Counted from the stretch's first letter, positions 25,659-33,180 are shown. The stretch: 64,000 nt of DNA from an uncultured Verrucomicrobiota bacterium (GCA_945834475.1 CAMAHK010000001.1:18175-82174), one strand, 5' to 3'. Program-made: numbers and translations. Notes: generated from the sequence alone by a model not told the origin.

Positions 25659-28600
25659 ATGACCCAAACACAGATCAGATCTGTCATCCGGAGGGGGCTC
25701 TTGAGCTCCCTCTGTTTGATTATGCCCCTTGTTGTGCAAGCAACGGGTATCAATGTTAACCTGAGCGAAACCGAACGGGCCAAGGGCAGCATTTCCCCGG
25801 CTGGCAAAACCTTCGACATCCAGACCGGGACGATGACGTTCACGGCCATTCCGAAGACGGGGTACGAGCTGGTGGGCTGGGGTGTGTCGATCGGGGAGAG
25901 CGCGGTCACAATCAATCCCGCGAATCCAAATGAACTGACGGTGACGGCATCGGCGTCGGTTCTGGTCGTGCAGATGCAGCCGACCTTCAGGGCCTCGACG
26001 TACACGCTCCGCTTCGATGCGAACGGCGGCCAGACGCCGAATGCGTCGCAAAAGGTGACGTACGGCACGGAGCTGGCGGCTTTGCCCGTGCCGACGCGGG
26101 AGGGACACACCTTTAACGGCTGGTTCGTCGGAACGCGGCAGATTCTCGCGGGCGAGACGGTAACATTCACCGCGAATGTCACGGCCACAGCGAACTGGAC
26201 GGTCAACAAGTACGCCTTCAAGCTGACGATTACCAAGGGTATCAAGGGCGTTTACTACAAGCTTGGTGAAGAGACCACGCGCTACAATTCGAGTTCGGTT
26301 TCCGAGTCGGTCGCCTATGGCACAAGTTACAGTTGGTATGCTGAGCCGGCGACGGGCTATACGACGACCTACACGCTTGAGAATCCGAAAACCGGAACGA
26401 TCGGCGCACAGGAAACGGCCTTTACCGTGGGAGCCGTGGCTCAGAAGATGACGGTTTATTTCGATCCTGGAACGGGTGGGACGACACCCGTCGCCTCTAA
26501 GTCGGTGACATACGATCAGCCCTATGGTGAGCTGCCGATTCCCGAAAAGGACGGTTCTCATTTCGAAGGCTGGGAAACGCCGTCGAGAGACCGTATCGAT
26601 GCGACGACGATCGTCCGGCTGACGGCCGATACGACGCTGACGGCGCGGTGGAGCGCGGAAAAGGTTCAGGTCGTGTCCAGCGCGACGAATGGACGCGTCA
26701 GCGTCTCGCCGACGACAGTCGAATTCGGGAAGCCGGTCGAGATCCAATGGTGGCCGAATTCTGAAAGCGGCTACGACTATGCTTTCGCCCAGGCCAAGGT
26801 TTATGCCGGAAGCGACGCGACCGGCATTTGCTTGGAGACATATACGGAAGGCGTTGGCGCACTCTTCACGCTCACCAAGTACTATCCGACAATCGCCGTG
26901 GTGGTCGAGTACACGAAATCGGCGAAGGCGTATAAGGTGACGTTCAACGGCAACGAGGGGACGTCCTCGCAGGAAGATGCGATCGTTCACTACAAGGAAC
27001 CTTTTGGCACACTACCGACGGCCACGCGAACGGGCTATGACTTCGACGGTTGGTCGACTTTGCGTTCGGGCTCGTCGCGCGTCACCGAGACGGATCTCTA
27101 CGAGTGGACGTACGACCGCGAGCTCTATGCACGGTGGATCGCAAAGACGTATGCGATCACGACCGAAACGACGCACTGTCAGCTGGCCGTGACGACGAAC
27201 GGGTTGGAAACGTCCATGGGGGCGTACGACCGTCCGATTCTGATTTCGGCGACCCCCGAGTCGCGCACGGGTTACGACACTCGCCTGACGTCGGTCGTCG
27301 TCTATTCGTCTGCCAGTCCCGGCGCGAGTCCGATCAAGAACATCTCCTCCCCGGAGAACTTCATCATGAGCGGCCTGCAGGCCTATTACGAGGGCATCGT
27401 GATCCGCGCGATTGCGACGCAGACGGCCTGCACATACACACTGTCGTTCGATCTGAACGGCGGAATGGGATCGGCCGAAAATCGCAACGTCACCTACGAC
27501 GGGATGTACGGTGACTTGCCGATAGTGACGCGCACAGGATACGATTTTGTCTCTTGGCAACTGTCGGACGGTACGGTCGTAACGCCCGAGGACACGGTAA
27601 AGATTACGGCGAACGCCAAGCTGACGGCACAGTGGCAGGCGAAGACCTTTAACGTTTCGTTCGATCCGCAAACGAAGGACGTCGAGACACCGTCGGCCAT
27701 CGCGGTCACCTACGATGCGACGTACGGGACATTGCCGACGTTGATCCGTACGGGTTATACGTTCAATGGTTGGTACGATGCGAAGACGGAAATCACCGCA
27801 GAGACGACGGTGAAGATTACGTCCGACCAGACGCTGACGGCAAAATGGACGGCGAACCGCTACACGATCCTCTTTAATGCGAACGGCGGTTCAGGCACGA
27901 TGACGAGCGTGGCTGATTGCGCGTATGATGAGCCGGTCAAACTGCCGCTCTGTGCTTTCCGACACAAGACACATACGTTCATCGGATGGGCGACAGACCC
28001 CCTAGCAGAAACGCCAGACTATGCTGATGGTGCGAGTGTTTATGGATTGACGGACGAAAGTGAAATATCGCTCTATGCTGTTTGGTTGGATACGCGCAAC
28101 GAGTTGTCCAAGGCCGCACATTGCGTTAACTGCACCGTTGAGGGTACGGGTAACATACCTTTTGTTCCGTGGTATGATCCTGTGTCGGGTCAGACGGCTG
28201 CGCAAAGCGGGTATCGGGATCTGCCGTTCGTTTCGCAGGAGGTTAGTAGTAGCTGGATGCGTTTAAATCTTGTTGGCCCTGGAACGTTCTCGTTTAAGTG
28301 GCGTGTTGGTGAGGGTGATCCAATTTGTAAGATATCGCTTTACATAGACACGAAGTACATGGGCACGAAAGAAGAGTATCCGGCAGAGAATTGGGATGAA
28401 AACTTTAATGTTGTTCAGGAAGGACTTTGGTTCCGTGTAACTTGCAAACTTTCAGAGTCTCGTTCCTATGCGGTAGATTTTGAATCTTTTGCGCGTAAAG
28501 AACAGGGCCATGGCTACATCCTCGTCGACGAGTTGACCTGGACGCCGAACGGAACGAACCCCGCGCCGACGGAGGCGGATCGGCCGGTGATTGGGGCGGG

Positions 28601-28817
28601 GTTTTCGTTTATGACGGATGCGCGGTTTGACTATGTCATTTGGACGACGGAATCGCTGGTGTCGCCGATCGAGTGGAAGCCTGGCGAGCCGATTCATGGA
28701 ACAGGCGAGGCGGTGAAGCTGCCGGGGTTGCTGGGAGTCGCCGCAGGCGGGGACGCACTGCGGTACGGGGATGTGCCGCAGCGGTTCTACAAGGTCGAAG
28801 TCCGTCAGCGGAAATGA
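25659..28817 (+). CDS. Listeria-Bacteroides repeat (Flg_new / InlB B-repeat) surface protein with shared C-terminal module
   Basis: Six repeats of the pattern Y(T/K)(L/V)xF(D/N)xNGG....V.Y....G.LP...R.GY.F.GW......T....I..D..L.A.W. Signal peptide present. Ends ..YVIWTTESLVSPIEW..RFYKVEVRQRK. Starts 11 nt after the secretin stop. Confidence 0.85.
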   Translation: MTQTQIRSVIRRGLLSSLCLIMPLVVQATGINVNLSETERAKGSISPAGKTFDIQTGTMTFTAIPKTGYELVGWGVSIGESAVTINPANPNELTVTASASVLVVQMQPTFRASTYTLRFDANGGQTPNASQKVTYGTELAALPVPTREGHTFNGWFVGTRQILAGETVTFTANVTATANWTVNKYAFKLTITKGIKGVYYKLGEETTRYNSSSVSESVAYGTSYSWYAEPATGYTTTYTLENPKTGTIGAQETAFTVGAVAQKMTVYFDPGTGGTTPVASKSVTYDQPYGELPIPEKDGSHFEGWETPSRDRIDATTIVRLTADTTLTARWSAEKVQVVSSATNGRVSVSPTTVEFGKPVEIQWWPNSESGYDYAFAQAKVYAGSDATGICLETYTEGVGALFTLTKYYPTIAVVVEYTKSAKAYKVTFNGNEGTSSQEDAIVHYKEPFGTLPTATRTGYDFDGWSTLRSGSSRVTETDLYEWTYDRELYARWIAKTYAITTETTHCQLAVTTNGLETSMGAYDRPILISATPESRTGYDTRLTSVVVYSSASPGASPIKNISSPENFIMSGLQAYYEGIVIRAIATQTACTYTLSFDLNGGMGSAENRNVTYDGMYGDLPIVTRTGYDFVSWQLSDGTVVTPEDTVKITANAKLTAQWQAKTFNVSFDPQTKDVETPSAIAVTYDATYGTLPTLIRTGYTFNGWYDAKTEITAETTVKITSDQTLTAKWTANRYTILFNANGGSGTMTSVADCAYDEPVKLPLCAFRHKTHTFIGWATDPLAETPDYADGASVYGLTDESEISLYAVWLDTRNELSKAAHCVNCTVEGTGNIPFVPWYDPVSGQTAAQSGYRDLPFVSQEVSSSWMRLNLVGPGTFSFKWRVGEGDPICKISLYIDTKYMGTKEEYPAENWDENFNVVQEGLWFRVTCKLSESRSYAVDFESFARKEQGHGYILVDELTWTPNGTNPAPTEADRPVIGAGFSFMTDARFDYVIWTTESLVSPIEWKPGEPIHGTGEAVKLPGLLGVAAGGDALRYGDVPQRFYKVEVRQRK

Positions 28818-28864
28818 TCTGGCCTCAAGCCCGATTGTAGGCCATATTAATCTTGTGCGATGTC

Positions 28865-28895
28865 GCGAACTGATGTATCTGATACATTAGTTCGC
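28865..28895. repeat. Hairpin H1 GCGAACTGATGTATC-T-GATACATTAGTTCGC
   Basis: 15-bp stem with one G.T pair, read directly. Lies 48 nt after the stop of the repeat-protein gene. Confidence 0.9.
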
Positions 28896-29195
28896 GCAAC
28901 CTCCCAGCCCCGATTCTTGATTCGACATTGACTTTGTGGGCGCAAGTTTGGTACAATCCAAGCATACCTAATGACAGTCAGGGCCGTTCGAGAGGAGACT
29001 GTGGAAGCGAAACGCCATCATCGGGGCGAGTGCCTCGGGTAATGGTAGCCTGAAAGGGAGCCGTGGCAGGGGTGGGCCTAAAACCGGGGGGTGACTTCTG
29101 GGGTTACTGCCAGCAGGGCGCGATTGATGAGAGCAAGCGCGTTCCCGGTGCGGGAGACCGCATTGAGCGATGAAAACGTCGCTCCAATGACAAGG
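28896..29195 (+). other. Non-coding, stem-loop-rich segment bounded by H1 and H2 (candidate structured RNA or 5' leader of the RAYT-like gene)
   Basis: No + strand ORF of 60 aa or more, and stops occur in all + frames. Local stems read by eye: CAGTC..GACTG (~28978-29004), TGGCAG..CTGCCA (~29059-29110), TGCGG-GAGA-CCGCA (~29150-29163), GAGCGA-TGAAAACG-TCGCTC (~29165-29184). I could not assign it to a known RNA family. Confidence 0.3.
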
Positions 29196-29226
29196 GTGAA
29201 CTAATGTATTTGATACATCAGTTCGG
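29196..29226. repeat. Hairpin H2 (inverted orientation relative to H1)
   Basis: GTGAACTAATGTATTTGATACATCAGTTCGG equals the reverse complement of H1 with 4 mismatches in 31. It ends 15 nt before the RAYT-like ATG. Confidence 0.85.
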
Positions 29227-29241
29227 TAATTGGAGCGCATC

Positions 29242-30336
29242 ATGGCTGACTGCATTCTGTTGGATCCGACGACAAGCCACAACCGTCATCAAGATCACGA
29301 CAACGTCTATCATCTCTACAACCGTATTGCACATTCGGTTCGTTTCCTCAATGACGAAGAGAAGGACGATCTTATGGACCGCGTACGGCGAATCTCCGAG
29401 TTCTGCGGCATCAAGCTCTTGAGCTGGTGCTTGATGACGAATCATTTCCACCTGCTTGTCTATTTGCCTTATCCGCAGAAGCTGACGCGTGAAGAGATTG
29501 GGCGGCGGCTTGGCCTTTTGCGACCCGAGGAGAGGGCGGTCTTCGTCGACGGATTTATTTTGGATCGTGCGCCTCGAGAGGTGACGAAGCGCCTGTACCA
29601 CATAGGCATGTTCATGAAGATTGTCAAAGAGAACTTCACGATCGCCTATAATGCGCGAACCGGGCATAGCGGCACCATGTGGGCGGGGCCGTACTGCTTC
29701 AAGAAGGTTGCGATGTCCGTAGGGAACCTCAGCCGCTCGGCCGCGTATCAGAATCTCAATCCGGTGCGCGCGTGCATGACCGCAGATTACGAGAGCTATC
29801 CCTGGACATCTTTTGCGGCCGCGACGAAAGGGGATCGGGTGGCATTGGACGGCATAAACTTCGTCTTCGGAGGCTACGAAACGCGAACTGATGTATCTGA
29901 TACAATAGTTCGCCCGCCAAACGAGGAACTAATTTCTTGGATGCGAAAGAAGATGGATGTCGAGCTTGAGGAATGTCAGCGAGAACGAGCGGAGGCGGTG
30001 TGGCGGAAGCGCTTGGCGGGTGAGCAGGGCGCAGAGATCGATCCGCTGACGTCTGAGGCAATGGTCGCGCAGGTTGAAGCGCGGATGGCAAAACTGCGGA
30101 CAGAGGACTTCCATGTTGAACTAGCGAAGATTCTCGGGCGAGCAGCGGAAGAAGACGAGGTGAAGATCATTCGCGCGATGGCGGCGGAGCCGGAGGCAAA
30201 TACCGATGAGCTGGCGAAGATCTCGGGTGCCTCGGTGAGTCGTGTCAAGCGTATCAGCGTGATCTTACAGAAGTTCGGTGTTATCAGAAGGGAAGGAACC
30301 AAACGTCGAAGTTTCTGGAAGATCGACCTGTTTTGA
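29242..30336 (+). CDS. REP-associated tyrosine transposase (RAYT) / IS200-like Y1 HUH protein with C-terminal coiled-coil + winged-HTH
   Basis: HUH motif LSWCLMTNHFHLLVY. Catalytic Tyr region SAAYQNLNPVRACM. C-terminal HTH TDELAKISGASVSRVKRISVILQKFGVIRREGTKRRSFWKI. I prefer the ATG at 29242 over the TTG at 29230. Hairpin H3 lies inside the reading frame. Confidence 0.75.
   Translation: MADCILLDPTTSHNRHQDHDNVYHLYNRIAHSVRFLNDEEKDDLMDRVRRISEFCGIKLLSWCLMTNHFHLLVYLPYPQKLTREEIGRRLGLLRPEERAVFVDGFILDRAPREVTKRLYHIGMFMKIVKENFTIAYNARTGHSGTMWAGPYCFKKVAMSVGNLSRSAAYQNLNPVRACMTADYESYPWTSFAAATKGDRVALDGINFVFGGYETRTDVSDTIVRPPNEELISWMRKKMDVELEECQRERAEAVWRKRLAGEQGAEIDPLTSEAMVAQVEARMAKLRTEDFHVELAKILGRAAEEDEVKIIRAMAAEPEANTDELAKISGASVSRVKRISVILQKFGVIRREGTKRRSFWKIDLF
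29883..29913. repeat. Hairpin H3 (same orientation as H1), inside the RAYT-like ORF
   Basis: GCGAACTGATGTATCTGATACAATAGTTCGC, with 30/31 identity to H1. It is translated as TRTDVSDTIVRP, at the junction between the Y1 domain and the C-terminal region. Confidence 0.9.
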
Positions 30337-30362
30337 AAGACCTGCAGTGCAGCATGTGCAAT

Positions 30363-30392
30363 GCGAACTGATGTATCAAATACATTAGTTCG
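30363..30392. repeat. Hairpin H4 (same orientation as H1)
   Basis: GCGAACTGATGTATCAAATACATTAGTTCG. Lies 27 nt after the RAYT-like stop and 10 nt before the duplicated gene 3' end. Confidence 0.9.
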
Positions 30393-30402
30393 TCTCTGAA
30401 GC

Positions 30403-30669
30403 GAGGCGGATCGGCCGGTGATCGGAGCAGGGTTCTCGTTCATGACGGCTGCGTATGTCATCTGGACGGCCGAGTCGCTGGAGAATGGGGGCGTGTGGAC
30501 GCCGGGTGAGACGATTCGGGGGACTGGCGAGGCGGTGAAATTGCCGGGGTGGCTGGGAATCGCCGCAGGTGGGGACGCACGGCCTTCGGCTGCGTCGGCC
30601 TGACGGCCTCGGCTCGGGCGGTACGGGGATGCGCCGCAGCGGTTCTACAAGGTCGAAGTCCGTCAGCGG
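30403..30669 (+). pseudogene. Decayed second copy of the C-terminal module of the Listeria-Bacteroides-repeat gene
   Basis: 30403-30669 aligns by eye with 28572-28811 (GAGGCGGATCGGCCGGTGAT.. to ..TTCTACAAGGTCGAAGTCCGTCAGCGG). A 38-nt insertion at 30581-30618 replaces 2 nt and introduces an in-frame TGA. There is no upstream gene body. Confidence 0.75.
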
Positions 30670-30693
30670 CAGAACTGAAGTTAGATGAGTTGC

Positions 30694-30799
30694 GATTTTG
30701 ACCAAATCCAAGTTATTTGGTTAGATTTGGTCAAAATCATAATTTCAAGATCACGATATTGACCAAATCTCATAATTTTGGTATCATTTGGTCAATATC
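30694..30799 (+). promoter_or_regulatory. Tandem pair of promoter-like modules, each embedded in a 14-15-nt inverted repeat (TTGACCAAAT / ATTTGGTCAA)
   Basis: IR1: GATTTTGACCAAATC 30694-30708 against GATTTGGTCAAAATC 30724-30738. IR2: GATATTGACCAAAT 30755-30768 against ATTTGGTCAATATC 30786-30799. Candidate promoters: TTGACC(30698)-17 nt-TGgTTAGAT and TTGACC(30759)-17 nt-TGgTATCAT(30782-30787). Confidence 0.45.
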
Positions 30800-31048
30800 G
30801 TGAATGGAGAATCGCATGGTTGGCCGTATTGTCGAGAGAAATCGCCTTCTCCACGACCGCTTACGAAATCAATGCCGAGGAAGACCTTCGCGCACGTGAG
30901 CGGCGAGAGCTATTCAAGCGATTGACGGGAACGCGAAAAGCCGTTCATCTGACGTATGTCACGACCTATGGCCTCAAAGCGAATAGCCATGCGGGTCTCG
31001 TTCAATCTCAGGTAGTTCTCGAAGACCTGTTCAATGTTATCAAGTGAA

Positions 31049-31597
31049 ATGAAACGAATTGCTCTAACCGGAGGCATCGCGTGCGGCAAGTCGCTTGTCG
31101 CGCGATACCTGAACGAACTCGGCGTCGAGACGATTGACGCCGATGACATCGTCCACGAGATCATTCCCGATCCCGCCGAGCGCAAGCGCATCGCCGCCGA
31201 GGTCTTCGTCGATCCCGAAAAGCGCAAAGAGCTGGAAGCGCGACTCCATCCGATTGTGAGGGAGCGGATCGCGAATTGGTTGGGCGGGGAGCTAGGAGAC
31301 GCCGCGCCCGAGGACGGGCCGCGGTACGGTGTGGCCATCATTCCGCTCTTATTCGAGACACACTGGGACGCGGATTATGATATAATATGTGCCGTTGTCT
31401 CGGCGCGGGAAACACAGATCGCGCGGATGATGACGACGCGCGGGTACTCCCGCGAAGAGGCCGAAGCCCGACTCGCCGCTCAAATGCCCGTCTCGGAGAA
31501 GGCTGAAAAATCCCACTACGTGATCACGAACGACGGAACCGCCGAAGAGCTCAAGCTCAAGGTCGCCGCGTTTGTCGATTGGCTGAAGACCCACTAA
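31049..31597 (+). CDS. coaE: Dephospho-CoA kinase
   Basis: MKRIALTGGIACGKS P-loop at the N-terminus. Also IDADDIVHE, IPLLFE, YVITNDG. Alternative ATG at 31034. Confidence 0.85.
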   Translation: MKRIALTGGIACGKSLVARYLNELGVETIDADDIVHEIIPDPAERKRIAAEVFVDPEKRKELEARLHPIVRERIANWLGGELGDAAPEDGPRYGVAIIPLLFETHWDADYDIICAVVSARETQIARMMTTRGYSREEAEARLAAQMPVSEKAEKSHYVITNDGTAEELKLKVAAFVDWLKTH

Positions 31598-31602
31598 TAC
31601 TT

Positions 31603-33180
31603 ATGTCAGATCAATTCGATGTCTTTGCCGGCGCGATTCCGCCGCCGCCCAAACCCGCACCTTCACAGGGGAATTTCGAACCCAAGCGGGGACGCGACAC
31701 TCTTGTCGCGTCGGCCCAGAAAAAGCAATTCCACAAACAGCCCTTCAAGAAGTTCAATCGTGGCAACGGCGGGAACGGCCCGAAGAACAACGCCTCGCCC
31801 CTGCGTGGCGCGAACGGCACGGAGTCGGTGAATCCGCTTCTTAATGCGCCGCTCCCGACGGAGCCCGCGCCGCAGGCCGACGCTCAGGCGAATCCGAACC
31901 GCAATCCTGACTTGCCGGAGTATCGTCTCGCCGACATCCAGACGTGGCCGTCGCCCGTCATTGTCGAGCGCATGATGCCCGGCGCCGATCCCGAGGAGCT
32001 CGGCTCGTACCGCAAGCACGAGCTCATCTTCGCGGCGATCCGCCGCTATCTTGCGAACGGCGGCGCCGTGCTCGCGTCCGGCTGCCTTGAGATCGTCCGC
32101 GAGGGCCACGGCTTTCTCCGCTCGGCGAAGAACAACTTCCTCGCGTGTCCTGAAGACGTCTTCGTCACGCAGCAGCAGATCCGCCGCCACGCGCTCCGTA
32201 CGGGCGACCTCATCGAAGGCCCTGTGCGCGACCCGCGCGACAAGGACCGCTTCTTCGTCCTCGGCAACGTGCAGACGGTGAACGGCAAGGAGCCGTCTGT
32301 CGCCGCGCGCGTCATTCACTTCGAGAACTTGACGGCGACGTTCCCGACGCGGCGCATTGTGCTCGAGACGGATCCCAAGGAATTCTCAACGCGCGTCATC
32401 GACCTCTTCACGCCGATTGGCTTCGGCCAGCGCGGACTCATCATCGCGCCGCCGCGCGTCGGCAAGACGGTTCTCCTCCAGAAGATGGCGAACGCGATTT
32501 CAAAGAACCATCCCGAGGCGATCCTCATCATCCTCCTCATCGACGAACGTCCCGAGGAAGTGACGGACATGCAGCGCAACACGAAGGCGATGGTCCTCTC
32601 GTCGACCTTCGACGAAGAGCCGCAGCATCACGTCGGCGTCACCGAGATGGTGCTCGAGTTCTCGAAGCGCCAGGTCGAGAACGGGAAGGATGTCATCATC
32701 CTCATGGATTCCATCACGCGCATGGCCCGCGCCTACAACACGGTGCAGCCCCACTCAGGCAAGATCCTGACGGGCGGCGTGGACGCGCTTGCGATGCACC
32801 GTCCGAAGCGCTTCTTCGGCGCGGCGCGCAACATCGAGGGCGGCGGTTCGCTGACGATCATCGCAACCGGTCTCATCGACACGGGTTCGCGGATGGACGA
32901 GGTCATCTTCGAGGAGTTCAAGGGCACGGGCAACATGGAAATCGTGCTCGACCGCTCCCTCGCCGACAAGCGCATCTTCCCGGCGATCGACATCGAGAAG
33001 TCGGGGACGCGCAAGGAGGACCTCCTCCTCGATCCGATGGAGCTCGAGAAGACGTGGGGGCTGCGGCGTATCCTGTCGGCGGCGGGCCCCGAAAGCGCGA
33101 TGAAGAGCGTTCTCAACTCGCTTCGCAAGACCCAGTCGAATCCCGAGTTCCTGCTCGCGCTGGATCTCAATAAGATGTGA
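31603..33180 (+). CDS. rho: Transcription termination factor Rho with ~110-aa low-complexity N-terminal extension
   Basis: Walker A GQRGLIIAPPRVGKTVLLQ. Also LLIDERPEEVTDM, ILMDSITRMARAYN, SLTIIATGLIDTGSRMDEVIFEEFKGTGNMEIVLDR..FPAIDIEKSGTRKE. Start taken at the ATG at 31603. Confidence 0.95.
   Translation: MSDQFDVFAGAIPPPPKPAPSQGNFEPKRGRDTLVASAQKKQFHKQPFKKFNRGNGGNGPKNNASPLRGANGTESVNPLLNAPLPTEPAPQADAQANPNRNPDLPEYRLADIQTWPSPVIVERMMPGADPEELGSYRKHELIFAAIRRYLANGGAVLASGCLEIVREGHGFLRSAKNNFLACPEDVFVTQQQIRRHALRTGDLIEGPVRDPRDKDRFFVLGNVQTVNGKEPSVAARVIHFENLTATFPTRRIVLETDPKEFSTRVIDLFTPIGFGQRGLIIAPPRVGKTVLLQKMANAISKNHPEAILIILLIDERPEEVTDMQRNTKAMVLSSTFDEEPQHHVGVTEMVLEFSKRQVENGKDVIILMDSITRMARAYNTVQPHSGKILTGGVDALAMHRPKRFFGAARNIEGGGSLTIIATGLIDTGSRMDEVIFEEFKGTGNMEIVLDRSLADKRIFPAIDIEKSGTRKEDLLLDPMELEKTWGLRRILSAAGPESAMKSVLNSLRKTQSNPEFLLALDLNKM
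31691..31712. repeat. Third copy of the 22-nt GC-rich hairpin, in-frame in the rho N-terminal extension
   Basis: GACGCGACA-CTCT-TGTCGCGTC. Together with its CGGGG 5' flank it is translated RGRDTLVA, the same peptide as copy 2 in kdsD. Confidence 0.9.

Larger units (their letters stand above)
28865..30392 (+). mobile_element. Hairpin-bounded RAYT/IS200-like unit (four 31-nt hairpins, one Y1-transposase-like gene, one 300-nt non-coding segment)
   Basis: See the component features. The outer hairpins are at 28865-28895 and 30363-30392. The unit sits between an intact and a decayed copy of the same ~245-bp gene 3' end. Confidence 0.5.

Noticed and set aside
28896-29195. Possible riboswitch or ribozyme identity of the hairpin-bounded non-coding segment. 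The resemblances were TPP-like CUGGGGUUACUGCCAGCAGGG, hammerhead-like UGAUGAG and CGAAAC, and c-di-GMP-I-like GGCCUAAAACC..GGGGUUAC
   Set aside because: Only isolated fragments match. The obligatory cores are missing: CUGAGA for TPP, CUGAUGA-stem-GAAA in the correct order for hammerhead, and ACGCAAAGC for GEMM-I. The genomic context (upstream of a transposase-like gene) also does not fit a metabolite riboswitch.
28968-29422. ORFs 28968-29282 (-) and 29204-29422 (+)
   Set aside because: Both overlap the hairpins and the 5' end of the RAYT-like gene out of frame. Their composition is low-complexity (Pro/Ser/Thr runs), and neither has a start context.
30778-31047. 89-codon ORF ending ..AVHLTYVTTYGLKANSHAGLVQSQVVLEDLFNVIK
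   Set aside because: It has no ATG, and the only possible start is a TTG inside the palindromic promoter region. The tail vaguely resembles the C-terminus of some ATPase or phage-related families, but I cannot place it. It is most likely a gene remnant or leader sequence, so I did not annotate it as a gene.
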